Below, in pieces: positions 9,119-17,884 of a DNA stretch of 64,000 nucleotides; position 1 is the stretch's first letter; every line of letters begins with the position of its first letter. The translations under genes were made by a program, and so were the position numbers. The notes under the pieces are model-generated. The model saw only the letters and a list, made by a program, of their open reading frames with translations, was not told the DNA's origin and ran no database searches. This DNA comes from an uncultured Candidatus Saccharibacteria bacterium (GTDB lineage Bacteria > Patescibacteriota > Minisyncoccia > UBA6257 > 2-01-FULL-56-20): assembly GCA_964387675.1 (NCBI GenBank), contig CAYLWL010000001.1:1099-65098 (forward strand). The letters run 5' to 3'.

Positions 9119-9958
9119 ATGGCTGGACAAGTTTCTCGTCTACCTCGTGGAATTGCGACGCTCTGCGGAGGCACGCGAACAACGTTGAAGACGGATCGAC
9201 CATGGCAAGTTCCACTCGCATATCCGAATCGTGGAAAATGCGGGCTTTGCAACAAAGACGACGAAAGTAAGCACATTCCCGGTCCCGGCTGGAAATCGTT
9301 CCAAAATGCGTTCACGCCCTACCCATACCACCGCATCCTCGTCCCCGACACGTGTTGGGAAAATGAAAAACTGCGGTCGCTTGGAGGGGCGGATACTATA
9401 CGCACGGCTTTGGGCTACGCACTCGCCGAAGTGAAACGAACGCGGATCGAGCCATTCCCGATCTGGATTTTCACCCACGTTGGCTACGGCTCTGGGCAGA
9501 ACTTTCCGCATCATCACTGGCATATTCTCGAGCCGGCCACAGAACCGGAAAGTTTTTTGACGGCCGACGACTTTAATCAAATGGAAGCGACGACCATCAG
9601 CGAATCCGAACACTTTTCTGCAGCACTTTGGGGAATTAAAGCGGGACAAACGTTCATCGTCCCAAAGTACGACACAAGCAAGTCCATGGGAGCGTCTTCT
9701 CTCTTTGGCGACGCGGAACTGCTCCGCGAGCTCGCTGAAGAAATGGGCGCGATTGTCGATCTCTTCAACCAAAAGTTCAACAGCCCCGATTACTGCCTCC
9801 ATCTTGATCTCAGTCACGAGTACGATTGGTTTGCCGTATACACGCCGATTCTCAACAACTGGGGCGGAACGGAATTTATCGCTCCGTATCGCGGGACGCC
9901 GTACACACTCCCCTGGCCGCATAAGATAACTGCCGCGTATTTGCGCGGAGAACCGTAG
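9119..9958 (+). CDS. Hypothetical protein, possibly a HIT/GalT-like nucleotidyltransferase
   Basis: Contains CGLC and HHHWH (HxHxH-like) motifs. A hairpin plus T-run terminator follows at 9968-9997. The internal start is uncertain. Confidence 0.3.
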   Translation: MAGQVSRLPRGIATLCGGTRTTLKTDRPWQVPLAYPNRGKCGLCNKDDESKHIPGPGWKSFQNAFTPYPYHRILVPDTCWENEKLRSLGGADTIRTALGYALAEVKRTRIEPFPIWIFTHVGYGSGQNFPHHHWHILEPATEPESFLTADDFNQMEATTISESEHFSAALWGIKAGQTFIVPKYDTSKSMGASSLFGDAELLRELAEEMGAIVDLFNQKFNSPDYCLHLDLSHEYDWFAVYTPILNNWGGTEFIAPYRGTPYTLPWPHKITAAYLRGEP

Positions 9959-9967
9959 AAAATGATT

Positions 9968-9997
9968 GCCGCTTCCGAAACCGGAAGCGGTGTTTTT
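9968..9997 (+). terminator. Intrinsic terminator
   Basis: gccgcttccgaaaccggaagcggt followed by TTTTT. Confidence 0.6.
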
Positions 9998-10063
9998 ATT
10001 GGACAATTTTCATTTTCCGGGCTAAAATACAGCTAGTAATTCAGATACAAACAGGGGGCGGCT

Positions 10064-10813
10064 TTGCACAACATTCCACATTCGGAACTCATCGCCGTTT
10101 TAGGGAGAGGCATCGAGCTTGCGGGAAGCGGCGCATTCAGGAGATGGAGGCCGACGCGATACATAGAACGCTTCGATGAGAATAACTGGCATCCGGGAGT
10201 GCGAATCCTAGGGATAACGGCTGACAGCCCCGACGAAAAAGTTGTCGTTGGCGGCATGAATGCCAACACACTCGCCGCCGGAGAATTTGTTCGAAGATTG
10301 TGGCTTCACGGAAAAACCCCGAAGGTAGTGGCCTTTATCGGTGGCAGGCCCCAGTATCTTTCTGCCGAACCGGAAGATTTGACCGGAGCGAAAATCGCTG
10401 CGGAAGAATTTATACGGAGGTCGCGGAGATTCCACGTTTCAGCCGACATCGAAGTTCTTGCTTGTGGAGAGAAAAACAAGAATACCAAAGATGACCTTGT
10501 AACGGCTCTCGCTCTCGCGATGGAACGAGGGTTCAGAACCACAGCAATCATCACGGTTGCCGTGCACATTCCCCGCTCCGAAGAATTCATGAAAGTCATC
10601 CGAAGAGAAAGAGCCGAATTCAGAGGAATCGGCGTGAGGTTTCTCTCTTCGGAGCACATCCTCGTGGGGAGAGATCGTCGTTACCGAAACATTCTCGTCA
10701 GGGCCATACTTTCCCGCGCTTACGAACGCACTCGAATGCGAGAGGAGAAAGAAGTCCTGCTGATTCGCAAAAGATCGTACGTATCGCTCCAGGACCGACA
10801 ACGAAACCGATAG
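10064..10813 (+). CDS. Hypothetical protein (possibly a DUF218/YdcF-like fold)
   Basis: 249-aa ORF with good coding periodicity. It ends with a C-terminal Arg/Glu-rich tail. No firm motif was found. Confidence 0.3.
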   Translation: MHNIPHSELIAVLGRGIELAGSGAFRRWRPTRYIERFDENNWHPGVRILGITADSPDEKVVVGGMNANTLAAGEFVRRLWLHGKTPKVVAFIGGRPQYLSAEPEDLTGAKIAAEEFIRRSRRFHVSADIEVLACGEKNKNTKDDLVTALALAMERGFRTTAIITVAVHIPRSEEFMKVIRRERAEFRGIGVRFLSSEHILVGRDRRYRNILVRAILSRAYERTRMREEKEVLLIRKRSYVSLQDRQRNR

Positions 10814-10825
10814 TACAAGAACACG

Positions 10826-10850
10826 GCGGCCGCATCTCGTTGGATGCGGC
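10826..10850. terminator. Bidirectional hairpin terminator between convergent genes
   Basis: ggccgcatctcgttggatgcggcc followed by attttatt. Confidence 0.5.
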
Positions 10851-10854
10851 CATT

Positions 10855-11592
10855 TTATTCCCGCGGATTCTTGGAAACGTACTCTTCCACCTGTTTATAT
10901 CGCTCCATCGTCCCGATGTCTTTGAGATATTCCTTCGTTTCGTACCCGTAAAACTTTTCTCCTTTCGATAAAACATCCGGCAGAAGTTGGTGATCGATTT
11001 CGTAATACGCGTTCGCCGGAATGTAACCGAGTATCCGCTCGTTGAATATGAACGCGGCCGCGCGCATTGCTTTGTATCGCGAAGGCAAGGCGCTGTGGGG
11101 TTTGGGATGAATTTTGATAAACCGCACGTCGTCCGCCACCTCAACCAAATCGGAATCCTCCGGATGATCGGTGTCTCCCACGACCGTCATCCCGACGGCT
11201 CCCGGTCGCGAGTAAAAGGCGTCTCTCATCTTGCCGAGATCAACGCGGCTGAACACGTCTCCGTAGCACACAAAGAAATCCCCGCGGAGTTTCCCTTCGA
11301 AGTCTTTCACGCCGCCGGCGGTGCCCCGTATCGCGGGCTCCTCAAGACAGTAATCGATATGCACGCCCCACCGCGAACCATCCTCGAAGTAATTTCTCAC
11401 AACCTCCGGTAAATAGAAAAGATTGATAAAGAACTCCGAAACGCCGAATGACTTAAGACGCTCAATGTGCCACTCGAGGAGCGGCTTGCCGCCGATCGGC
11501 AACATCACCTTCGGGACGTCCTCGGTGAGCGGCAGGAGACGGGTTCCTAGACCGGCCGACAAAAGAACGGCTTGTGTAATTTTATTTTGCAT
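10855..11592 (-). CDS. Sugar-1-phosphate nucleotidyltransferase (HddC/RmlA-like)
   Basis: LLSAGLGTRLLPLTEDVPKVMLPIGGKPLLEW NTP-transferase signature. The ATG at 11592 is preferred over the GTG at 11619, because the heptad repeats lie between them. Confidence 0.65.
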   Translation of the reverse strand: MQNKITQAVLLSAGLGTRLLPLTEDVPKVMLPIGGKPLLEWHIERLKSFGVSEFFINLFYLPEVVRNYFEDGSRWGVHIDYCLEEPAIRGTAGGVKDFEGKLRGDFFVCYGDVFSRVDLGKMRDAFYSRPGAVGMTVVGDTDHPEDSDLVEVADDVRFIKIHPKPHSALPSRYKAMRAAAFIFNERILGYIPANAYYEIDHQLLPDVLSKGEKFYGYETKEYLKDIGTMERYKQVEEYVSKNPRE

Positions 11593-11640
11593 CGCGGATA
11601 ATCCCTTGTCACTTGTCACTTGTTGCTTGTCTCTACGAGA
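11593..11640. repeat. Tandem heptad repeat (ACAAGNN x4) directly upstream of the hddC-like start
   Basis: The minus strand reads acaagcaacaagtgacaagtgacaaggg, about 10 nt before the ATG. Confidence 0.7.
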
Positions 11641-12218
11641 TGATCGAAGTAATCCTTAAAGTACTTGGTCATCAGGTGAAAAATCGCCGTATGCGCCGCC
11701 TCCACCACTTCGTACTCGCCTTTTTCGGTGCTCACCAAAATCCTAATGTCGGCCAGCTCGTTCAGTTTGCCGCCGTCAAAACCCGACACGCCGATGACGG
11801 GGACCTTGCGGGCCTTGGCGAGCTCGACCGCCTTGATGATATTCGGCGAATTGCCGGAGCTTGAGATGGCAACGACGACGTCCGAATCCTGCAAATAATT
11901 TTGCAGTGGCCCGGCAAACACCATATCGTAGCCGACATCGTTCGCCCATGCGGTGAGTTCGGACTCGGTGGATGGCAAACGAATCGCCTGGAAACGGCGG
12001 CCAAGTTTGTCGAGGTGATGGCTAAAGACGGTTTTGTTGAAATCGCTCACCCAATGCGTCGCGATGGCAAGCGATCCGCCGTTGCCGAAAATGTATATTC
12101 TGCCGTCCCGCTCGTACGCCGCCTGGAAAACGTTGATGGCTTTTGCGATCTCTTCGGCAGGGAGGTTTTTGAGAGAGTCGATGACTTTGTCAGAAAAACT
12201 TTTGATGTAGCCTTCCAT
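11616..12218 (-). CDS. gmhA: Phosphoheptose isomerase (SIS domain)
   Basis: IYIFGNGGSLAIATHWVSDF...VVVAISSSGNSPNIIKAVELAKARKVPVIGVSGFDGG matches the typical GmhA sequence. Confidence 0.7.
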   Translation of the reverse strand: MEGYIKSFSDKVIDSLKNLPAEEIAKAINVFQAAYERDGRIYIFGNGGSLAIATHWVSDFNKTVFSHHLDKLGRRFQAIRLPSTESELTAWANDVGYDMVFAGPLQNYLQDSDVVVAISSSGNSPNIIKAVELAKARKVPVIGVSGFDGGKLNELADIRILVSTEKGEYEVVEAAHTAIFHLMTKYFKDYFDHLVETSNK

Positions 12219-12224
12219 GCTTGC

Positions 12225-13244
12225 TTACGCGAAGTTTGTTTGGTGGTCGGCGTTATACAGAACTTCGGCGCCGGATTGCACAAACTTGACCGGTATTTCC
12301 CGGAACTCCCGGAGATTGTTGTCTTTGGCAATTTTCGTGACGGCATCTCGCACCGCCGCTTTTTTATCCGGCGAAGCAAAGAACATCACGCAACCGCCGC
12401 CGCCGGCGCCCAGTACTTTTCCGCCCCAAGCACCGGCCGACATCCCGGCGTCATATAAGGTATCGATTGCGGAATTCGACATATTCGACGCCAACATTTT
12501 TTTTCTCGCCCACCCTTGATGGAGCATGCGCCCCAGCCCCTCAAACTCGCCGGCCGAAAGCTTTGCTTTGAACTCGGGCACCGAAGCGGCCATTTCTTTG
12601 AGCGTCTCGAATTTTTTGTCAATATTGCTCTTTTGCTCGGCAAGAACGCTTGAGGCGATCCTGGTAAGTCCCGTAAAGAAAAGTAAAATACGATCCTCGA
12701 GGCCAAGCCGCTTTTTATAATCAAGAAGCACCGGCTCAACGCCGACCGAATGGTCGGGGTTGAACTTGAAAACGTTAAAGCCGCCGAACGACGCGGCGTA
12801 TTGATCCTGCTTACCGATCGGCTCGCCCACTAAATCTATTTCCAGGCGGCTCGCCTGCTCGGCCGCTTCGGTTTTATCGATTTTTTTTCCGTTAAAAGCA
12901 TGGAGTCCCTTCACGAGAGCAACCGAGAAGCTGGAAGACGAACCAAGTCCGGTTTTCGCCGGAAGCGACGCGAACGAAGCAATCTCGATATTCTTGTTGA
13001 TGCCGAGGTCGGTGAGCGCCGCCCTGATGCGGGTGTGCTGAAGCTCGCTCGGGTGGCCGACGGTTTCCGAAACGGAATACCGCGCCGAAATTTTATCGAT
13101 GAGCGGGGTACGGTTAATAACCACGTACACAAACTTGTCGATGGCCGTCGAGATAACACTACCGGGGCTTTTCTTATAAAAATCCGGCAGGTCTGTCCCC
13201 CCGCCGACAAAGCTGATGCGTAATGGCGCGCGGACTACGATCAT
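12225..13244 (-). CDS. GHMP-family sugar kinase (HddA-like D-glycero-D-manno-heptose 7-phosphate kinase)
   Basis: MIVVRAPLRISFVGGGTDLPDFY at the N-terminus. GHMP ATP-binding loop PAKTGLGSSSSFSVAL. Confidence 0.65.
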   Translation of the reverse strand: MIVVRAPLRISFVGGGTDLPDFYKKSPGSVISTAIDKFVYVVINRTPLIDKISARYSVSETVGHPSELQHTRIRAALTDLGINKNIEIASFASLPAKTGLGSSSSFSVALVKGLHAFNGKKIDKTEAAEQASRLEIDLVGEPIGKQDQYAASFGGFNVFKFNPDHSVGVEPVLLDYKKRLGLEDRILLFFTGLTRIASSVLAEQKSNIDKKFETLKEMAASVPEFKAKLSAGEFEGLGRMLHQGWARKKMLASNMSNSAIDTLYDAGMSAGAWGGKVLGAGGGGCVMFFASPDKKAAVRDAVTKIAKDNNLREFREIPVKFVQSGAEVLYNADHQTNFA

Positions 13245-13373
13245 CCCTCACCTTTCGAGGATTGCGCGGCGGCAATCTCGTTGATTTAATTTCCACGACT
13301 TTTTATTGCGGAATATCATTGTTTTGTTGGAGGCCTCGCCCAGAAGACATTAATCCTCGATAAGGTGAGGGAT
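13245..13373. repeat. MITE-like repeat family L2, copy A, with 21-bp terminal inverted repeats, abutting the hddA-like start codon
   Basis: atccctcacctttcgaggatt ... aatcctcgataaggtgagggat. It is about 95% identical to 23051-23179 in inverted orientation. Confidence 0.8.
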
Positions 13374-13461
13374 CATAAGAAGACTATAGGGCAAACCCTG
13401 TGCTTAGTCAATAAAGTATAAGAGTTTAATTCGAATCGAAAAGAATTTATTTAAACCTCGG

Positions 13462-14403
13462 TCAGCCGAATAGTTTCTTTTTCAACTTATGCGTATTTCC
13501 GTGGCCAAGGAGTCCACGATATGAGGCGGAGGTTTCGTCAGACAGATTTTCACCCAATCGTCTGGCCATCCGCCGCCTTGTCGCGGCCCTCAAAGTCCGG
13601 TGATACGGAAAGTGAACCCAACCGAGGAAGTCGACGCCGGAGGCGAACGTTTTGATAGAAACTTTGTCAGGATGAAGTGATATGTGTAGCCGCGTCTCGA
13701 GAAAACCTGAAGTTTTCGGAATAATGCTTTCCAAGTATCGCTTATCCTCGTGTACAATCACAAAATCGTCGGCATAGCGAACGCAATGGCGAATCTTCAG
13801 CTTCCGCTTCAAGAACTGGTCGAACTCGTTCATGTAAATATTCACGAGGAGCTGGCTCGTGAGGTTGCCAAGCGGCAGGCCGACGCCCGGCTTGTCCTTT
13901 GTATGGAAGCTGTCAATGGTTTCGGCCAAGAGCCATAAAATATCGTTATCTTCGATGTACCGCTTCAAAATGTCTTTTAATGTTCCATGATCGATGCTCG
14001 CGAAAAATTTCCTGATGTCGCATTTAAGGATCCATGCCGTCCGCGCGTGATTGCGCGAGACGACCCTCGTATATTTCTTGAAACGATCCATCGCGCGGTA
14101 CGTGCCTTTGTCGTAGCGACAGGAATACGAATCGAAGATGAATTTCTTATCGAAATAGGGATACAAAATCCGGTAAATCGCGTGGTGCAGCAAGCGGTCG
14201 CGTACTTCGGCCTTGTGGATTTCACGCGGCTTCGGGTCGTTGATTTTGAATGGCCGGTACGGACCGTGCCGGTATGTTTTGTCCGATAATTCCCGGTGAA
14301 GCGCGAGGATATTGCCCGTAAGATTCAAAGAAAACAATGCAACATCTTTGCGTTTTCGCTTGCCGCGTAAAAATTCGCGCCACGCGGAAAGCAGATTTTC
14401 CAC
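13462..14403 (-). CDS. Diversity-generating retroelement (DGR) reverse transcriptase
   Basis: 313 aa. RT motifs 1-7, including YADDFVIV. Carries the DGR-specific motif GLPLGNLTSQLLVNIY where other RTs have QGxxxSP. The N-terminus LSAWREFLRGKRKRKDVALF is typical of Brt-like RTs. Confidence 0.85.
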   Translation of the reverse strand: MENLLSAWREFLRGKRKRKDVALFSLNLTGNILALHRELSDKTYRHGPYRPFKINDPKPREIHKAEVRDRLLHHAIYRILYPYFDKKFIFDSYSCRYDKGTYRAMDRFKKYTRVVSRNHARTAWILKCDIRKFFASIDHGTLKDILKRYIEDNDILWLLAETIDSFHTKDKPGVGLPLGNLTSQLLVNIYMNEFDQFLKRKLKIRHCVRYADDFVIVHEDKRYLESIIPKTSGFLETRLHISLHPDKVSIKTFASGVDFLGWVHFPYHRTLRAATRRRMARRLGENLSDETSASYRGLLGHGNTHKLKKKLFG

Positions 14404-14445
14404 GGAAATGATATCATGGAAATCATGACGCGGCCAGGCGATTCG

Positions 14446-14471
14446 TCTCTCTCTCTCTCTCTCTCTCTCTC
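14446..14471. repeat. (TC)13 dinucleotide microsatellite
   Basis: tctctctctctctctctctctctctc lies in the divergent intergenic region between the RT and the avd-like gene. Confidence 0.9.
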
Positions 14472-14510
14472 GATAAGGCCTCGATTCTCGCGAGAATCAA
14501 AGAGGGGTAT

Positions 14511-14834
14511 TTGTTTTGGATGAATCTTGTGCCGCATATTGCTAAGGGTACCCGATATACGCTCGGTGCGCGAATTGAAAATAAGTTTCTTGATCTTTTG
14601 GAACTGTCCTACGCCGCGTACTTCACGGAAAAAGAAAAGAAAGTGGAGAAAATTACGGAATGCGTCTTCATAACAGACATACTCAAGTTTTTGGTCTCCG
14701 TTGCGTGGGAAGGCGAGGTTATCTCCGACCACCAATGCGAAGGCATCGCGGTAAAACTGGAGGAGATCGGCAAAATGCTCGGCGGCTGGAAAAAGAGTTT
14801 GGGCAATCCCGAAAAGAAAAACCGCGCTCTCTGA
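14511..14834 (+). CDS. Avd-like four-helix-bundle accessory protein, on the opposite strand to the RT and target
   Basis: 107 aa, helical. The C-terminus LEEIGKMLGGWKKSL resembles the Avd C-terminus AEVGRILGSWIARV. It is adjacent to the TR. Confidence 0.5.
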   Translation: MFWMNLVPHIAKGTRYTLGARIENKFLDLLELSYAAYFTEKEKKVEKITECVFITDILKFLVSVAWEGEVISDHQCEGIAVKLEEIGKMLGGWKKSLGNPEKKNRAL

Positions 14835-14855
14835 ACGCGGAAAGAACGAACTTTC

Positions 14856-14982
14856 GGAGGCGGAAGACAAACTCATTGTCGGGATTCCACGTATTGCCCG
14901 GATTCGTCCAATTGTCGTTCAGCCACAGACCGTCTTCGTTTCGTTCCAAGTTGAAGACGTTCGGGTTGCCGTCACGATCGGT
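14856..14982 (-). repeat. DGR template repeat (TR)
   Basis: 127 bp that aligns with 15333-15459. About 18 mismatches, every one at a plus-strand T in TR, which is a sense-strand A. Encodes the Asn-rich sequence GLWLNDNWTNPGNTWNPDNEFVFRLRK. Confidence 0.85.
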
Positions 14983-15307
14983 TCTGTGCGCCGCGCCATC
15001 CGCGCCACTGCCCGTCTAAATAAAGAGACTGGGCTGTATTTTATATGGGAGCATGACTCCACCAGCGCAGCGCACCAAGTTGTTTCTTTTTTGTTGACAA
15101 CTATGCGAATCCTCTCCGTCAAGCCGTAACCGGACGGACTCTCAATATGCATATGCCGGAAGGGTCTCGAAAAACCGCCTGGCCCGAGCGAGGTCGAAGG
15201 CTAGCCGTCCGATATAACCCATCTGATTTAATAATAGCAAAAAATTACGGCGGGATACAAAAAGAATCAAAGGGTTAAAGCGCCAAAGTTTCAGAAACGC
15301 AAAGATT

Positions 15308-17212
15308 CTAAGTTTTCAAGTTTTTCAACTTGCGGAGGCGGAAGACAAACTCATCGTCGGGATCCCACGTATCGCCCGGACCCGTCCAAAGGCCGTACAG
15401 CCACAGACCGCCTCCGTACCGAGCCAAGTAGAAGACGTCCGGGTTGCCGTCACGATCGGCTATTTGTTTCATGCCAATGCGGAACCATTTATTTAGGGGT
15501 TGGTTTGCATATTTGAGCCGATAATGCGGTCCGGTTTCGGCTGGACAGAGTTCCAATCCCAATTCTTCGATGCGTTTGTAAACTTCGTCTGTTGTCGGGT
15601 ATTTGTCTTTGGGAAAACCGAGGTCGCCAACTTTGAGGCGGATGAGAATTTCTTCCTCTGATTTTTTGAGGACGGTGAAATCCTTGCTTTTCAACATATC
15701 CATCGCATAGTCCGAGATGTTGATCTTTTTCTCGCGCATTTCATTAATGAGCGTTTTGGCATCTTTACCGCCGATTTCCAGTTGTTCTTTGCGAATTCTG
15801 CCTTCGGGGAAGGAAGTGTAGACGTGTTCGATGCCATATCTCTGGACTTTGTCGAAGATGCCGGGGACGAGGGAGCCGACATAGGCCTTTGTGTCTTCTT
15901 TGATTTCGGATATGTCTCGTGCGATTTGATCTTTTTCGCACTCAAACACTACTGCCATGTCTTCTTCGGGATTTCTTTGAGAGCGGAGCTCCCTGACGCG
16001 GGGATCATTCGTTCCATAACCAAAGCTTTCTATGGGTGCGTTGATTTCGTAAAGAAAAATAAGGTCGTCTTTCGAGAGCGTTGCGCCTGTTCCTGTCTTT
16101 TTCTTGATCGCGGTTAATGTTTCCATATCGCTGGCCTTCTTTTCGTATTTCTGGCCGTCGGGATGAGCCGCAAGTTTTTCCTTGATTACGTTGTTGATAC
16201 GGGGATCGATGTGCTCGTCTTCGGCCACACCACGGACTTCGGAGATGATTCCACCTGCGCTTACGATCACCGCGCGCGGCACGGTTGGTTTGCCTTCTTT
16301 GTCAAGCGAGTAAAAAATTTCAAGATCGTTTCCTTGAAGATATCTTCGTGCCATAGACTCGCCTCGCAAGCACCAGCCAGTGCCATAAGGAGCGATCGAT
16401 TCTACAAGACGCATTGGGTCGGATCCTTGGGGATATGCTATCCACGTTCCCTCGGTAACCTTGAGTAGTTCTTCGGGTATGGGCTTGAACTCTTCGACGG
16501 CCAAGGCGTAGAGCTTGGCAAAGTTCTTTTGTTTGAGGAGTTGAAGAAAGCTTTGCTTGGTTGCTTCTTCTATGTCGTAGCCGAATTTGACGGGTTCGCC
16601 CCTCTCTTGCCGCTCAAACGATTCAAGCACGATGGCCAGGGCCTCGCGATTGAGGTCGGGAAAGGGAGCAATGGCCCCGCCGGTTCTCTCAGAAAAAGCT
16701 TTCTTTTTCTTGTCGTATCTACCCATACGCAAGATGCTGCGGAAAGCGAAGTATTTGAGATAGTCAGGATATTTGGCGTCATCTGACGCTAGATAATCGA
16801 CCCATTCGTCAAGAGAGTTCTTTTGGTCGGTAGTAATTGTTTCCGCGAGTTCTTTCCGTATATCGCCCGGTATTTCATCAAGGGGGCGGCCTTCTTCTTC
16901 GTGCCTCTTTTTTACGGATTCGAAGTAAGCTTCGGGAATGTCCTCTGGTTTGATGACGAACTGGTCATAGAGGGAGCGCTTCAGCGTCTCGAGATTTCTC
17001 TCTCCTCTTTCGAAACCTTCGTGACCCGCCAGTCGTGCTGGATGAATTACTGATTTTAGTCGGTCGAGATAATTTTGTATGCGGGCGTCTGCTCCTTCTA
17101 CTGTATCGAGCGTGAGCTTTTTCCCTGTCCGTTTTTCGGTACGCTTTGCAGCCCGTTCTACTTCGTGGCTTTTATGCAAGCCATATTTTTCTCTTAAGAA
17201 GCTCTTTTCCAT
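15308..17212 (-). CDS. DGR variable (target) protein with the VR at its C-terminus
   Basis: 634 aa. C-terminus ...RYGGGLWLYGLWTGPGDTWDPDDEFVFRLRKLKNLKT corresponds to the TR-encoded sequence. The N-terminal roughly 560 aa is uncharacterised. Confidence 0.8.
   Translation of the reverse strand: MEKSFLREKYGLHKSHEVERAAKRTEKRTGKKLTLDTVEGADARIQNYLDRLKSVIHPARLAGHEGFERGERNLETLKRSLYDQFVIKPEDIPEAYFESVKKRHEEEGRPLDEIPGDIRKELAETITTDQKNSLDEWVDYLASDDAKYPDYLKYFAFRSILRMGRYDKKKKAFSERTGGAIAPFPDLNREALAIVLESFERQERGEPVKFGYDIEEATKQSFLQLLKQKNFAKLYALAVEEFKPIPEELLKVTEGTWIAYPQGSDPMRLVESIAPYGTGWCLRGESMARRYLQGNDLEIFYSLDKEGKPTVPRAVIVSAGGIISEVRGVAEDEHIDPRINNVIKEKLAAHPDGQKYEKKASDMETLTAIKKKTGTGATLSKDDLIFLYEINAPIESFGYGTNDPRVRELRSQRNPEEDMAVVFECEKDQIARDISEIKEDTKAYVGSLVPGIFDKVQRYGIEHVYTSFPEGRIRKEQLEIGGKDAKTLINEMREKKINISDYAMDMLKSKDFTVLKKSEEEILIRLKVGDLGFPKDKYPTTDEVYKRIEELGLELCPAETGPHYRLKYANQPLNKWFRIGMKQIADRDGNPDVFYLARYGGGLWLYGLWTGPGDTWDPDDEFVFRLRKLKNLKT
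15333..15459 (-). repeat. DGR variable repeat (VR) with the IMH-like GC-rich 3' end
   Basis: It differs from the TR only where TR has A: TR Asn, Glu and Asp codons become Tyr, Leu, Gly, Asp and Ala. The shared 3' end GTCTTCCGCCTCC is identical to TR. Confidence 0.85.
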
Positions 17213-17255
17213 GAGAGTATTATGCCGCGGAAATTGATGGAAATCAATACAAGAA

Positions 17256-17849
17256 TCAAAACAGCGTCGCCATACTGCTTGCGAAACTTACCCTCATGAC
17301 TTCGCCGGTCATCTTGTTCGGAACCAAGAGCGACCTGTCTTTCTGGTAAAGATCATAGAGTTCTTTCGTTAGTTTCACGTCGTTCAAGCAATAGGATTTC
17401 AATTCTTCGATTTTTCCGTCCTTCCACAGACCGATCGCCTCCGAGCCGTGGCGATCTTTTTTCACGCCCAAGTTCGCCTCGGAAAGCTTGCTCAAGCTTA
17501 TCCTCTGCCCCACCATCCGCTCGATCTCTTCCGAAAGGTCCACGCGTTCTTTTCCCCAAATTCTTGGAGCGGAGGGTCCGAGTCGCTGAAAATGGAGGTT
17601 CAAAACCGGAACGTCGTAGCGGTTGATGCTGAATCCAACAATCCTGTCGCAACTATGAAAAATATCTGTCAGCTTTTCCAGTTCGTTTTCGGCAAAGCAG
17701 GAATATGTATCCTGCGCGTAGGAATAAACCCCGACAGCGGAAATTTTGAGCGCATCAAAATTATCCCAGCCGACATCAGGATCGGTAAAAAAGTTTTGCG
17801 TTTCGATGTCGAATACGAGGGTGTCCATTGTAGTAAATGCAAAGGTCAA
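17256..17849 (-). CDS. DEDDy-type 3'-5' exonuclease domain protein
   Basis: Exo I motif VFDIETQNF. Exo III motif YCLNDVKLTKELYD. Confidence 0.55.
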   Translation of the reverse strand: MTFAFTTMDTLVFDIETQNFFTDPDVGWDNFDALKISAVGVYSYAQDTYSCFAENELEKLTDIFHSCDRIVGFSINRYDVPVLNLHFQRLGPSAPRIWGKERVDLSEEIERMVGQRISLSKLSEANLGVKKDRHGSEAIGLWKDGKIEELKSYCLNDVKLTKELYDLYQKDRSLLVPNKMTGEVMRVSFASSMATLF

Positions 17850-17884
17850 ATATCAAAAATCAAAATGTAATTCAAAATGAAAAA

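Noticed and set aside
9140-10006. 288-aa minus-strand ORF that overlaps 9119-9958 completely
   Set aside because: The plus-strand ORF has CxxC and HxHxH motifs and is followed by a plus-strand hairpin/T-run terminator. The minus-strand ORF has no motifs.
14325-14876. 183-aa minus-strand ORF spanning the (TC)13 repeat and reaching into the TR
   Set aside because: It reads through a dinucleotide microsatellite as ERERERER and overlaps the better-supported four-helix-bundle ORF. It has no coding features.
14719-14949. 76-aa ORF over the template repeat
   Set aside because: It is the in-frame translation of the TR, a relic of VR homology, and not an independent gene.
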